A DNA stretch of 64,000 nt from Yuukianura sp. NJ FZ-2021 (Eukaryota). The position numbers were made by a program, and so were the translations under genes. Every line of letters starts with the position of its first letter. Position 1 is the first letter of the stretch. Positions 38,801 through 51,572 of this stretch are shown here, piece by piece. Under the pieces are notes generated by a model. That model was not told the DNA's origin, searched no databases, and saw only the letters and a list, made by a program, of their open reading frames with translations. The DNA is taken from the NCBI GenBank assembly GCA_046563655.1, contig CM102290.1, forward strand, positions 10,788,001 to 10,852,000. Reading direction: 5' to 3'.

Positions 38801-41800
38801 CACTCTCCGTCTATCAGTATGGCGACTTTTTGTAAAAAGTTCTGGAAGGTTTTCCATGCCTTGACGTCATACTTTCAACTCCGTTCTAGGAATTGTGGAT
38901 CCCATGACTCCACTTTCTCCTTAGGTTGATGACTACACCGAAGTCGTCATCAACTTATAGCCTAACATTGGAAGTCCTAGTAGTGAAAATTTTGCACAAA
39001 AAAAGTGTCTGACGTCATGGACATTCTAGTTCTATCCTACCTGTCCTCGTACGCTGACAGTTCAATGAAAACCTATCCCTTGCAGAACTAGACTTTAGTT
39101 AATTTAGCTATTGAAGTCATCTAGATTAATTCCACAAGGTTTCCCTTGTCAGAGTTCCACTTAAAAGCGTCTAGTTTTACGCAAGTTGAGGTTTTGGCAC
39201 TTTTTAATTTTAGTTCTCCGAACTATCAAGGTTCGATTAACTTGACGTCAACGCGCTTTCAAATCCACTTTGTGCTCCTAAACAAAAGGTAGAAAGCATT
39301 CCTTCACCTTCAAAAGGGCCGAAATTATCTAGATTTTTAGCTCCCTAGGACGTAAGCAACAACGTAGTTAACTTTAGCGTTAAGATTAAAATTCATGACA
39401 CTCAAGGATGAGTAACTCTTTTAACCTCAACCGACCTTCAGTCAATCAAAAAGCGTATATTTACAAACAACTACGTCAAAGACTTCCGACAAAAAAAAAA
39501 TTTCGTCCAAAAAATTTCTAGTTATGAGGGGGCCTTTAAACCATTTTCTTCCAAAAATTTTTTCTGCTTGGAAACAACTCCAAAAATTTTTTAAATAATC
39601 ATTAAAACAGCCTCGCGCCCAAAATTTAAAAATGTTCTTTTCAAAAAACGTCGAAAATTCGAAACCGTGTCCCATGACACGTATTACTCAAAACCCTCAT
39701 TTCCATTATGCCACTCTCAACCTGCATGTAATAGCTACGTATAGTAGGTTGACCTCAATTTGCAGTGCCACGAAAGTGCTTCAGAACAGGTAAGGAAGAG
39801 AACTTCCAAGTTCTAACTTTGAGGGCACCTCAATAACAATGAAACAACCTAACTGTAGTAGCTATAACAAAAGTAGTTTACTACGATTCACAAAATTTCC
39901 CTATACAAAGTCCAAAGTAAACTTTGCCATTATTACCAAAATATTTACTATAAGGTATAAACAACCACTGCCTGTTCTTGGAAAGAGCTCTTTTGTTGGT
40001 AAACAAAAGTTCACTTTTATCAACATCAAAATAGTAACGCAGTATTGTATCCATTTTATGCCAATTTTCTACGAAAAGAGAAGCAGACGTGTCCGTGTCC
40101 TGGAAGTGATCTCTCCCCATGACGGTTGTTAGGAAACGGCTTTAAGCGGAAACTGACCTTGTTCCACCTCCATTGACCTCTCTCTACGCCTAAATTGCTT
40201 TCCAACTAATTGATGATGAGCAACGAAACTCCTTCAGTGCAAATGAGTCTTTAAGTACAGGGACTACCAAGAACTTAGCCAAGACCAAACCAAACACTTT
40301 CAGTTTCTTCCTGGGACAGTAAACATAACAGAAACAGTCACATTAGTCAATGAGGGGGTTTTCTCAGAAGGTCACCACATCATCATCATCATCCCTAATA
40401 CTAATCCCTACCATAGAAGAATACCAAATTGAAAATGACTTGAGCCATTACGCCTCTTAATCTCTCCAAATTTCCACTTTTTCACGCGCCTCCATTCAAA
40501 TTTCGAAATCAAAAGTTAGGTTAGGTTCCAAAATCCAAGTAAATTCAAAAAGTTAATCCCTTAAGCTTACGTTAAAAATCTATCGATATTACGTTACCAT
40601 ATCGGTATCTCACCTCCCCAAAACAGGAAACAAGGAGATTCAATTAACCTTGTGTAATTGACATAATTCCTCATCAATTACTTGTCACTTTACCTTGAAG
40701 AGGTGGAGACGTTCCCTCCTCATCAACAATGCCAAAGATCACGTCAGTGGAAAAAGTTTACTTCCGCCTCAAATTCCCCCTCATAAACTACCATCCCCTT
40801 CTAAAATGATTTTTGCCAAAAGTTAATAGGCGCCCTTCTGTGTTTAGGAAATGGGCAATGAATTAGTAAGTTTATTCTGCAGAAAACTCATAGATAAAAA
40901 ACAGTTGGCAATCCCCTAAAGTTTATTAACGTACGTTATGTTAGTGTTGTTGTACGTGTGGGCATTAAGTCAAAATTCCAACGGGATTTCTATTTTTCCG
41001 TTTCTTTTCTTGAGCTGCCTTACGGAACAGAAAGAGGGGGCGGGAAAAGATTCAAGTGAAAAACAGTTAACGTTACAATTTCAACCTGATGTTGGTGGGA
41101 ACGTCAAATTTTTATGCCCCCGGATCCCACCACCCCCTCAACCGGGGGTAGGGTTACATTATGTGGGGGTTTCCTAGGCAACCATCAGCCCAAAATAGGA
41201 CACCAGAACAATGGGAGGTGGGCGGAGGGTGGGGGGTTCGGGGGTGCAGGGGGTTTAGCTCTTCTAGAAGACCCCATTTTCCTTTTATCCCACGGCCTAT
41301 CAAAGTGATCTCCCCAACATTAGGCCTACTTTCTAGGAAAAGTAATAGCGTAAGCGTAGTTCAGCACTTCTCAGCAGGGTTGTAAAAGTAAGGCACTCGA
41401 AGGCACTGCCAAACGAGAACGAAGGCAAAAAGCAGAAAATAGGTCAACCTCATCCTACTATATACTATGTTTAGTACTACGGGAAGCTTCAAAGGTTTTG
41501 ACGACTACACGTTGCAACAGTGCTTTCTCAATAGAGCTATAGAGCCACCGCGGCGGCGGTGCAAGCCACCTTCAAAGCCCCACCAAAGCTGCTACATCTC
41601 ATGCATGCAAGATTTGAGGAAACTTCCCATGTCAAAAGGAACTTTCTAAAGGTAACCGGAAGGAAAATTGTGCAAGAAGGAATGTTATGGCAAAAAACCA
41701 AAATTTGTGCAAATTCTTGGCTCGAAAATTTAAAAAAAAACTTTTGCTTACCGTCAAAGTCTGTGTAAAGTGATTCTCTTAGGATTGCTCCGGAACCAAA

Positions 41801-44800
41801 ATCAATCAGTTTCAGATTATGAGACTTTGAGTCCACCAGAATATTTTCGTCCTGAAATCACAACAAAAACGAAATTTTAACTAAAAAATTCACCTAAAAA
41901 TTTTTTCGTTTCTACAATTTTTTTACTCAACACAAATCTCGTTTCTATTTTTTTGAAAGTAAAGCCCCTTTCACATTTTTTTGAAAACTCATCATCGATC
42001 ACATTCAACAAAAAAAGATTTTTAACTTTTAACATTTTTTTCACCTCCAAATCACATTAGTCACCTCAAAAATTTCATCATTTCCACATAATTTTTTGTC
42101 ACTTTTTTGTCTCCATTGTTTCCCTATCTCTAGCTCTACCCTGCGTAGTCAACTTCTCAGTGTCTAATGTCTATTCTGTCTCCAACACAATTTAGTATCT
42201 TTAAATTTTTGTGTGTCCAGCACTTGTACCACTCCAAACTAATCACTAAAAATCACAATTACCAATTGGAATTAATCATATTAATAGCATTAGTGTAAAT
42301 AGCTACACAGTCCTCTAGTTAGCATTTGTCCTTCCTGTCCATATCCATTTTGGACATTGACTAATTCATATCGAGATGCCAATGATTGATTTCCCTTTAC
42401 ACAACATACCACAAATGGCTAAGGATGACATAAGCTCTCTGGCATGTGTACTATCTACTACACACTGTCTATGTTATGTATTTATGTATATACTAATGTA
42501 ATGTATGTACGTTCGTAACTGTTTCCACGCCAAGTACAGGTTACGATCCACGGGTTTACCAAATAAATCCAAAATCTAGGCAGTGTCACGTCAACCATTT
42601 AATCACACACCCACCTTATACTTTAGCTTTTAGTACTTTTTACTAGTACCTGGGATTGCCTCATCTCCACTAAACTTTGCCTCATATGTCGAAATTTCTT
42701 GGTCATTCAAAAACGTCAAGTGCTCTGCAACATCTGACAGCATGAACGACTCATGGGATTGGCCAGGGTCATCACATTACATACCATAAACTTTAACTTA
42801 TCAAACATTAGCACCCATCGTACATGTACTACTCCGCATCACAGCGTATGTGACCAACAACAGTTGAAAGAAGAAGAAAAATTGGGTTTTATTTTCAAAA
42901 AACGTTAAAAAATTACATATGCTGTCATTTCGAAAAAAAATCCTAGTCAGGAAAATTCTTCAAATGATTTCCGGCAATAATCTTTTGAGTCCACATCCGC
43001 CCCTCCTTAACATGAAATAATCCCTACAAAATTGTGGGTTTTACGTGTCTAAAAAATTTTTTTCTCAAAAAATCTGGATTCCACCGAAAAAATCTTCATT
43101 TGAGCGGCGCCTAATACTTACAATGGAAATGATTCTACGAATTCCTCCAAAAGTACCTAAACAATATATGCTGATGACCTCCACGCGCTAAACACAGACA
43201 GGTAACCTCAAAAAACCAAGGCCCCTCTACATATTCATATGGCCGATTTCCACGTATACTAAATCATTGAACATTGCAATACTTGCCACTGCCAACCAAA
43301 GTCGCTCTAAAAATCAGTGAGTGGATGTGGTTAAATCCAGTTTAGGTCTAACCGCCCCTCCTTAACTTACAAATTGCTACTTTTACAGACAAGACTACTG
43401 TTCCCGCGTACACTTTAAAAAAAATGTCCATGTTCACAAGTCTCTTTTTCTTCCTCATTAATCAACCACATACACTTATACAAAGTAGTTTTAACTAATT
43501 GAGGTTAAGCTCCTTTCATTTTGACCGGGGAACTTCCCAAAGCCGGAAGAAACCTCATTCAAAATTTTGTTTCATTCAACTCAAAAAACCTTAAGACCAA
43601 GTTTAAGTTTCCAACTAAAACCAACAAACATCAAACGGATTTTCTACTTTTTAACAAACTTTTTCCTTTCAATTGAAATCCTGCCACTAACTACCGCCGC
43701 GACTTTGACTTTCCTTCAAAACTTGGTGCATTATAATCCAGAAAAACGCGGTTTCCTGTTTGGGCTTCCAATTCCAAAAATTAACAATAATTTAAAACCA
43801 ACTGACATCATACAATTTTACGCACGTCATTCTATTATCAACATGTGCGGGTTTTACAATGAAATGGATCAATGAATGGAACTTTAGACACAACCTAGTT
43901 AGTTAACTACCAACCAACGTCAACTTTAAACTTTTTTTCATTTAAACTACATCGTCATACAGATCCTGTTAAATTGGTTTAACTTGGGCTAAACCAACTT
44001 GAAGGTTCCGGTTTCTAGTATTGTGAGTTTTTTTTTTATTCCAGCTTACCTTGATATCTCTATGGACAACTCCTGCCTTGTGACAGAGAATGATCGTGCT
44101 AACGATTTGTCGAAAAAACTCTCGCGCTGTGTATTCATCAATGAGTCCCTTCTCGGTTATGAAGTCGAAGAGGTCTTTAACAGGTTCAGGCCGTTCCATA
44201 ACAATAATGAAACTGTCAGATCGTTCAAAGTAGTCCAGAAGTTTAATGACTCCTTCAACATGGGACACTTTTCGGAGAAGACACACTTCCAGAGGAACTC
44301 TCATTCCATTCATCTGCAAATACAAAAATAATCAAAAATTTTAAATTTCTTTTTAAATATCATGTTTCATCAAAATTTCTACAGAATCAGTCTAACTTGT
44401 TGGTCAAACTACAAAGTTCTTAGAAAGTTGGTGCCTGTTTCTTGTTTACGTCTCTCCTCCCATGTTTTGTTTTTTGCAAACAACTCTTCATCATCATCCT
44501 CTTTTCGCGAATGCGTAATGAATGAGCCAGTTTGCATTCCCCGACGCCTGATTCATCTTTCGTGCAAAAGTCCAACTTATTTGATTCATGAGCCACTTTT
44601 AACTAAAACAAAGTAAAATTCCTAGTATTTCGGACTTGCGCATACAGGAATGACAAAGACAAAAAAACAGTACAGAGATCATCTGCTCCGGATTTGTTAA
44701 TAAACAAAGAGTCTCAGAACCTCATGACGCATGACTCATGTCGCTTTTGTTGCAAAACAAGGAGAGATTGACCCTGGCCCCGCCCAGATTCCAAATCCAA

Positions 44801-47800
44801 ATCCTTCCACGACATGGACAGTCATGACGACATTTGTTCAAAATCCATTTCCATTGTCTTCCTATTACTCAACGGTCACTCTTGGTCCAAATGTCGACAT
44901 AAGCTTAAGTCACAAGGTCTCCCAGCCTCCTTGGTCCAGCCAATTCCAGCTCATCTCTCCATGTCTCCTCCTCCCTAACTTAACTTTTTCAAAAGTTAGT
45001 TAACTACTCTCGACTCTGACCTCTTCCTCTTGTACTTTGTCCTCATATCACTCCCTCTCCACTCCTTTCGTGTCATTTTAATTTTTCCAAATGGAACCTT
45101 ACCGCCTGACCTTAAACTCTTTGCCACCAATCTCTCACAATAACACTCATTTTCTAAGCTCCAAAAATTAACAAGTTCACGTGTACTTTTTCTCTTCTTA
45201 GATGGAACTTCCTCACTTTTTCCAAGGAAGTTTCCAACACTGTACCATGTATTCAGCACAAAACTGCGCAAAAAGAAGTGCATGACGGCCATGACGTAAT
45301 GGAAATACAAAGATGGCTCTGATATGATGAAGCAAGAATTCCCAATTATTGACTCTAAGCACTGCCTAGCTTAGACATTGCGCTTGAGCATGGTTATACC
45401 AAAGTCGTTTTTCCTGTTACCTTGCGTTATCGTCAAAGAAGTTACCTTGGGAGATCAAAGATCAAAATCTCCACATTCCATTACCAAATCATAACAATTG
45501 AACACAACAGCACAAAAGGGGCGGAGCCAAGGGAGAGGGGGAAAAAATAATGGGAATTGGACAAGGACATCTTCAAAACGTGCCTACTAAATTTCCTTAC
45601 TCATGACCATCCGTACTCTACTGATTAATTATTGCACACGAAACTAATCAACGGCACTTGAAACAAAAAAGTACAACAAAAATTGACCCCGAAAACTAAA
45701 AAAAGCCTTCAAAAACCAAAAACCAAAGTCCAAACTCCACAAATTTTCCCGGAAAACCAAAAGTATCTTTCAAAATTACCTGAAAACAAGCCCAACCAAA
45801 AGAGGAGAGACGTCTACTTTGTTCTTATAAACTATGCTAAGTTAGTGAGGCTTAAGTTGACCAAAACTAACTTAACATAATTTTTAATTAACTTAAATTT
45901 CGACTTAATTAGTTTATATGTACAGTAAAATGTTTTTAATTGCTCACCTGAACCCACTCAGTGACTTTGGACTTTGAAACATGTTTGATTGCCACCTGAA
46001 AAAAAAATTAACAAAAAATTCGTCATTTTTTTCCAGTTCAACAAAAATTGTTCATTCAAGAACGCACTTCAAAAATTTACTCAGCAAATAAAATTGCAAC
46101 TGAAAATAGCCTAACTTTAAAAAAAAAGTAAACTAACAATTTCAAAAAAGAGTGCACTTACGGGATGGTTATCGCGCAGACGAAATCCTGCGTACACAAT
46201 CCCAAATCCACCCTGGCCAAGGACGTTGCCAAGTTTATAGGCCTTCTCAAATGGCTCTCTTGACATCACTGAAAAAAAAATTAAAAACACAATTGATCAA
46301 ATGCATTTTTGAACTTATTTCTAACCCGTTTTCATTATCCCTCATGCGTAATTCTAAAAAAAATTCCTAATTACTCTTATTCTCTTCAATTCTAGGGCCG
46401 CTGCTCAGCTCCAACAGCGTCTCCGCTGCAGCGGCTGCCCTCAATTCTAAGTCTTTTTCCATCTTCCAGAATTCGGCCCCTTAAGTACCCCAAAAGTGGC
46501 TCAAATAGGCTACAAGCAACAAGGTCCCCCTCTGCGTCCTCAGTCGCTACCGCCCTCCTGCAGCGTCCTTAAGTTCCCCCAACAACCAAAAAAACTCGAG
46601 TTCACAGAGTACAATGAACCGAAAAATTTACTTTTTCCCGCCAAACTGAATTAACTTTACAAATTTTTTAGTAAAATAGTTGCACTAGAAGTCCAGGGGG
46701 TCAAAAACGTCAAAAACTTGATAGTCAAAAATCAAAAAGTTGGTTAATAGGTTGTCAAACTTTTAAAAACTTTTTCTTCAAAATTCAAAAACTTCAAAAC
46801 TTTTGTAGTAACTTCCTCGTCCTGCTTCTACTTTGCATATGTTCACTTTTCAAACACAAAACTTTGTTCTGAACAACAAAAATTTCTAAACAAACTAAAC
46901 TGCCCTCAAGAACAAGAAAAAAGGGGTCGCCAGCCTTTTTTGAAAAAATTGCTTGCAAACTGGGGACTTTTTCCTCCCTACGCCAAAGCCCTTAGCATTT
47001 GTTTCTAAATGCTTTACCATTCGTTTGACCTTTTCAAAATCAAAAACTTTTTTTAGAAAAGCCAAATTCCAAAGAAAAAACCAAATTCCTTCCTCAGAAG
47101 TTAAAAGTATAACATAAAAATTCCAAGAACTTGGTTTTTAGAAAACGGTTTCCAATTCCACCCTACAACTTCTACAACTCATACATTTTTTTTTGTAAAT
47201 TGAAACATTAGAGCTTTCGGATGCTCAAAAAAAGCAGAAAAAAATAAAGAACTTGCGGATGTTAAAAAAACTTCACAAAAATTGAAACTAAAATTCTCAG
47301 AAAGTAAACTAAAAAAGATGCACTCTTCTTGCACATGTTTTCCTGTGTTACGCTGATTCAGCATTCTTCCAAGTCCAAAAAACTCTAAACTTTTGCAGAA
47401 TGAAATAAAAATGCAATGAATGAAAGTTTCAAATTGCAAAAAATTGCATCTTCTTCTAGTTCACTACGACGAACATTGGAACAACATGGGCAATAAATTT
47501 ATTATCTGTCATCACCATTTTCTCATTTTGAAAATACAAAGTACAAATTGAGAGCAGCAGGCTCTTCACCTGCATCTTCTCAGGTCCATGCCCTGACCTA
47601 TCTCTTTTCTCCAATCTGTCAACTTGCACTGCTTGGATAAAAAAAATGTTTTTTACGTTTTTAAAAAATGTGTTTTCGAAATCAAAATGCACATGTCAGA
47701 ATATATTTCGTTTCCGAAAATCCAAAACACATTCATGACGTCATCAAACAATAAAAGAATAACAAGTGCTGTTTTAAGTTTTGTAACTTTATGTCCCCAT

Positions 47801-48800
47801 CACCTTTACTTTATGTTACTTTACAATCGGAAAGGAAATCTTAGAACAATAGCAAAAAATGTTCGGAACAATAGCGCTCTAAGACCCTCTTATGACCATG
47901 GCGTCCTTCACTTTCTCTCTACCCTCCTCGCTTTCTCTCATCTTCAATGTTTTCAAGTAAAATTTTTCAAAATTTTAAGTTTAAATTGAATTTTTTAAAT
48001 TTTAAACTTACTTTTTAAAACCTCAACTGCTTTAGCAATGCTTCACATATATCAGCCTTTCAAAAAAATTTTCTAACATCAGTATAATTTTAAAATTCTG
48101 AATATATTAGTACTCTACCTCCAAAATGTATTTTAAAAAATTGTTATAAATCCTAGTTTCTAAAATTCGGTTTTTTTTTTAAATTTAAATAGGAAATCCT
48201 AGTTCCTAAAACTCCAAAATATTTTCTAAAATTCTGATAAAGCCCACATATCTTGCTTGCCAAAACTCCAGGATTTTAGTAAACCCTTGATTTTGAAATT
48301 ACAAAATGTTTTCAAAAATTGGAAACTTTTCCAAAAAGTTTACCTCCGTTTCTGTCGTAGTCTGAGGTATAGGCTCCAAAGTGATGTGATCTGTCAGTCG
48401 GACTCTCTTTTGTGAAGATCCGGAGAGACGGATCTTCTGCGAGAGGGTGATGAATACTATTGTTGTTGTTATTGGAACTAAGGTTAGACTTAGACGTACT
48501 ATTGGAAGATGAAGATGAACTGCACATTTTAATCGAATTATTAGCACTAGGAGGTGAGCTCAAATTATTGTTATTTCCTAGGAGGCGACAACTTCCTATA
48601 TGATGCGGATCTAAGTCCGTCTGTCCGTCCTCTACTTCTAGAAAGTCCTCTAGATCCTCCTCTACTTCCAGACCACTGCACCCACTACTGTTCCGTGGGG
48701 TCAAGTTGTGACCTGCACCGTACTTGAGGTCATCCAGGAGTCGATCCTCTGCCATTGCCATCCTATCCTCATAGTACAGTACTGGAAACTGATGTTTCAT
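32393..48800 (-). CDS. pim: Pim-family serine/threonine protein kinase, 7 coding exons (522 aa with the proximal first exon)
   Basis: Minus-strand exons are 48344-48800, 46162-46268, 45948-45995, 44050-44313, 41752-41851, 33331-33507 and 32393-32808. All introns are GT-AG with consistent phases; total 1569 nt. Kinase motifs: [16 protein letters not shown], the Pim-specific hinge [65 protein letters not shown]. Confidence 0.96.
33331..33507 (-). CDS. pim: Pim kinase exon (subdomains VIII-X)
   Basis: (G)[61 protein letters not shown] acceptor, GTGAGG donor. Confidence 0.95.
41752..41851 (-). CDS. pim: Pim kinase exon (end of catalytic loop, DFG)
   Basis: [33 protein letters not shown](G); tttcag acceptor, GTAAGC donor. 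Confidence 0.95.
44050..44313 (-). CDS. pim: Pim kinase exon (helix C, hinge, HRD)
   Basis: [16 protein letters not shown]...[19 protein letters not shown]...GVVHRDIK; ttgcag acceptor, GTAAGC donor. Confidence 0.95.
45948..45995 (-). CDS. pim: Pim kinase 48-nt exon (VAIK)
   Basis: [16 protein letters not shown]; poly-T-cag acceptor, GTGAGC donor. Confidence 0.93.
46162..46268 (-). CDS. pim: Pim kinase first common exon (Gly-rich loop)
   Basis: (V)[35 protein letters not shown]; poly-T-cag acceptor (phase 1), GTAAGT donor. Confidence 0.95.
48344..48800 (-). CDS. pim: Pim kinase proximal alternative first coding exon (152-aa acidic, Asn/Ser-rich N-terminus)
   Basis: ATG at 48800, open for 457 nt to the donor GAG|GTAAAC in phase 1, matching the acceptor at 46268. 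Coding-like composition. Confidence 0.72.
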
Positions 48801-51080
48801 TTAATCCGCCGATTAGGACGCCCAGTTCACACAAAAGTAGGAACAATAAGGATCACTGCGTTCCAATCCGCAAGTTACGCCACCACTATTTTTCCTTAGA
48901 TGTTGCAAAACACTAACTTTTCCAAAACACTCAAGTTCCACAAACTTTTGTTTGTTATTGTAAATGTTTACGTTTTCGTAACACTCGACGTATTGAGTCG
49001 CTTTACTGTATATTTTCAAAAAGACGCTTTCGTACCAAAGTGCAAAGTCGTACTGACTTTCACTTCTGGTTCGTTTTTGGTATTTAGGTCCCGCGAGTAC
49101 GAGATCCCCCTAATTCTCAGACTTGTGCTGACTACTCTCCCTCAGCTACGCTCTGCCTCTCCCTACACTCTGAGTGTCGGAAAGTCCAATGAACTTCATT
49201 GACAGTAGTAGTACTACGCTATAGGCTTCTTCAAAAAAACCCACCAAAAACAATCTCCCCCTCTACTCACGCTTAACTCAAATTCAAAACTGAGCGGTTC
49301 AAACTGTTATGGTCGTGGTGGTGGTAGTGGCCTCCATGGGGGGAGACACAAATTCTACAACTTTGAATCCTCCCGCCCGTTCTCGTCCGCATACGGTATA
49401 TAGTAAAAACCCCACCATAACAACATTTAGGAAGCGACTACAAAAAAAAACACAACTTTCCAAGAACTTCAGACATTGACCGCAGAAAAGAAGGTTTCGT
49501 CGTCACCACCCCATAGACTTCCCATACTCTCTAGCATCTCAGCATACAACTCTGAAATTTTTGTAATTGCCCTCTTTTTCCCCCCATGTCTGGCGGGACG
49601 CGTGCCAGGCGTGACCTGTCCCGACGACCCGGTCAGCTTTGGCCCTACGTCAACTACGCTCCACGGGACCGGAGAAAGTTTGGTCTTAAATTTTTTAAAT
49701 TTTGGCTCAGAATTTTCGAAAACGGTGCAGACAGACGAACTACTTGGTTTGGCGCCTCGACTTTTTGCGTCCTACGCCTCATCCCCCAAACATGAAACGG
49801 CATAACTCTCTCGAGGTCCATCGACCCAAATGGGGCCTCTAAAACTTCAACTTTCCCGCATCAGCCAGAAAGAAGCATGCCGTCGACCCTACAGTTGAAG
49901 GGGGTCCCCCTTTCTCTGCAAAGGGGGACCTACACCAGTACAATGCTGCCAGTATTCCAAGGGGCGCCAATACAGACTACATCCATAGCTTCTCAGGAAT
50001 TTCCAACTAGCTGTCCGCACTAGCTTTGTGTAACCTACCGACGCCGTAGTCGTCCCTTTACGTTTGCGTTCAACTTCCAATTGGAAGTAATGGCGGGACG
50101 CAAAGGGGCCAACATAAGAACGCTACACATTCTCCCCCTTGGAAATGGTTTTGCCTCATTGAAAAAACCTTGGTTTCTTACACAGTCTTTGCCAGTCGTA
50201 CCAAAACCCACCCGACCCACACCATTCCCGTCACAACAAAAATTGAGATCATAGTAAAAGGCTTGTGTGCAGACTTACCTCGCCCCTAGCTCCTAACTCA
50301 TCGCGAAAAGGTAGATAGGAAGGTTATTCATCGCACAGCAATCCCAAAGCACATGCACACACTACTCTTACACATAAACAGAGAGATACACACACTTTGT
50401 TACCATCACCACCATTTACAATTACTCTTTCTTTTACCATATCCCAACTTCCCATCTTCTCAATCATTCTTACCAGACTTCTTCAAACATTTCCCCATTT
50501 AAAAACAAACGACAAACCAAACACTCCGCAATATAACCTCTTCCCATGTCGCCCAAAAGTTCAAGTCCAACTTTTCTGTTTTAGAAAAGTGAAACCATGT
50601 CTCAAACGCCCATGTCCCAAAAAGTGTCTCACGACGAGAGCCAAGAATCCCAGGCCTCAGCCAGACACTCCTTTTACAGCGACTACAATCTGGATTTATG
50701 TTTCAAAATACACTAACAGTCTTCGACTTTTTTTTGAGTCTCATCTCTCCGACTGGGGCCGTGCAATATTTTTGGCAGCACAATAGAAATTCCAGACAGA
50801 GGACGAGGGAACTTACGATCCCGTCGTCTGTCTATCCGTACGGGACGGCAGACATAGAACTCATCAAAACAATTGAGTCTCAGTTATTTTATGAATTAGA
50901 GTATTTCTATGAATAGCTCACAACCTCTCACTTCCTCCTTAAATGTCACTCTCCGGATCTTGAGGTGACAAAAATAGTAGGAAACGCAGCGTAGTTGGTG
51001 CATAAGATCACATTGGCTTCATTTCCTGCCGACGTAATTAAACACAAGTCACATGACCCCCATCATTATTTCTTTAAATG

Positions 51081-51572
51081 CTGACGTAACTCGCGGGTGA
51101 TCCAGCTGCACTTTCTCCATGTTTTCTAGGTTAACGTAATTTGTACATGGGCCCTTAAACACACTTTCCCGCCTTAACATAATTTGTGCACGAACTCTAA
51201 ACCACATATTTACGATAACGTAATTTGTGTATGACCTTACATGCAAAATTTTGTGCTAACGTAATTTGCGCATGATACATCAACCATATTCTCTCATATG
51301 TTAGAAAAATTTGTGCATTGCCCCTCAAACACTTTTTATACTAACGTAATTTATGTATGACCCGCCAAAAACATTCATTTTATGTTATAGTATTTAGTGT
51401 GCCCAACCTATCAAGGTAAATTTTTTTCGTTAGCGTGATCTGTGCATGATCTCTCAAGCACAATTTTTTATGTGAACGAAATTTGTGCATGACCTCTCAC
51501 GTGCACTTTCTCATGTTAACCTAGGTTGTAGATTGTAACCAAAATTTTCGTGTTAACGTAACTCGCGGATGG
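51081..51572. repeat. Degenerate minisatellite, 12 units of ~37-50 bp with conserved core TAACGTAATTTGTGCATGA
   Basis: Cores begin at about 51081, 51131, 51174, 51215, 51256, 51301, 51341, 51385, 51430, 51473, 51516 and 51553. The ~20-25 bp between cores is much more variable. Confidence 0.85.

Noticed and set aside
47570..47640. Possible extra Pim exon ([27 protein letters not shown])
   Set aside because: That frame ends in phase 0, incompatible with the phase-1 acceptor at 46268, and the acceptor is weak.
50826..50853. Imperfect hairpin GTCTGTCTATCCGTACGGGACGGCAGAC as a Helitron 3' end
   Set aside because: Mismatched stem, no clear CTRR terminus and no second copy in the window.
51081..51572. 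CRISPR array interpretation
   Set aside because: Eukaryotic intron context, degenerate cores, spacers with residual mutual similarity, and no cas genes or leader.
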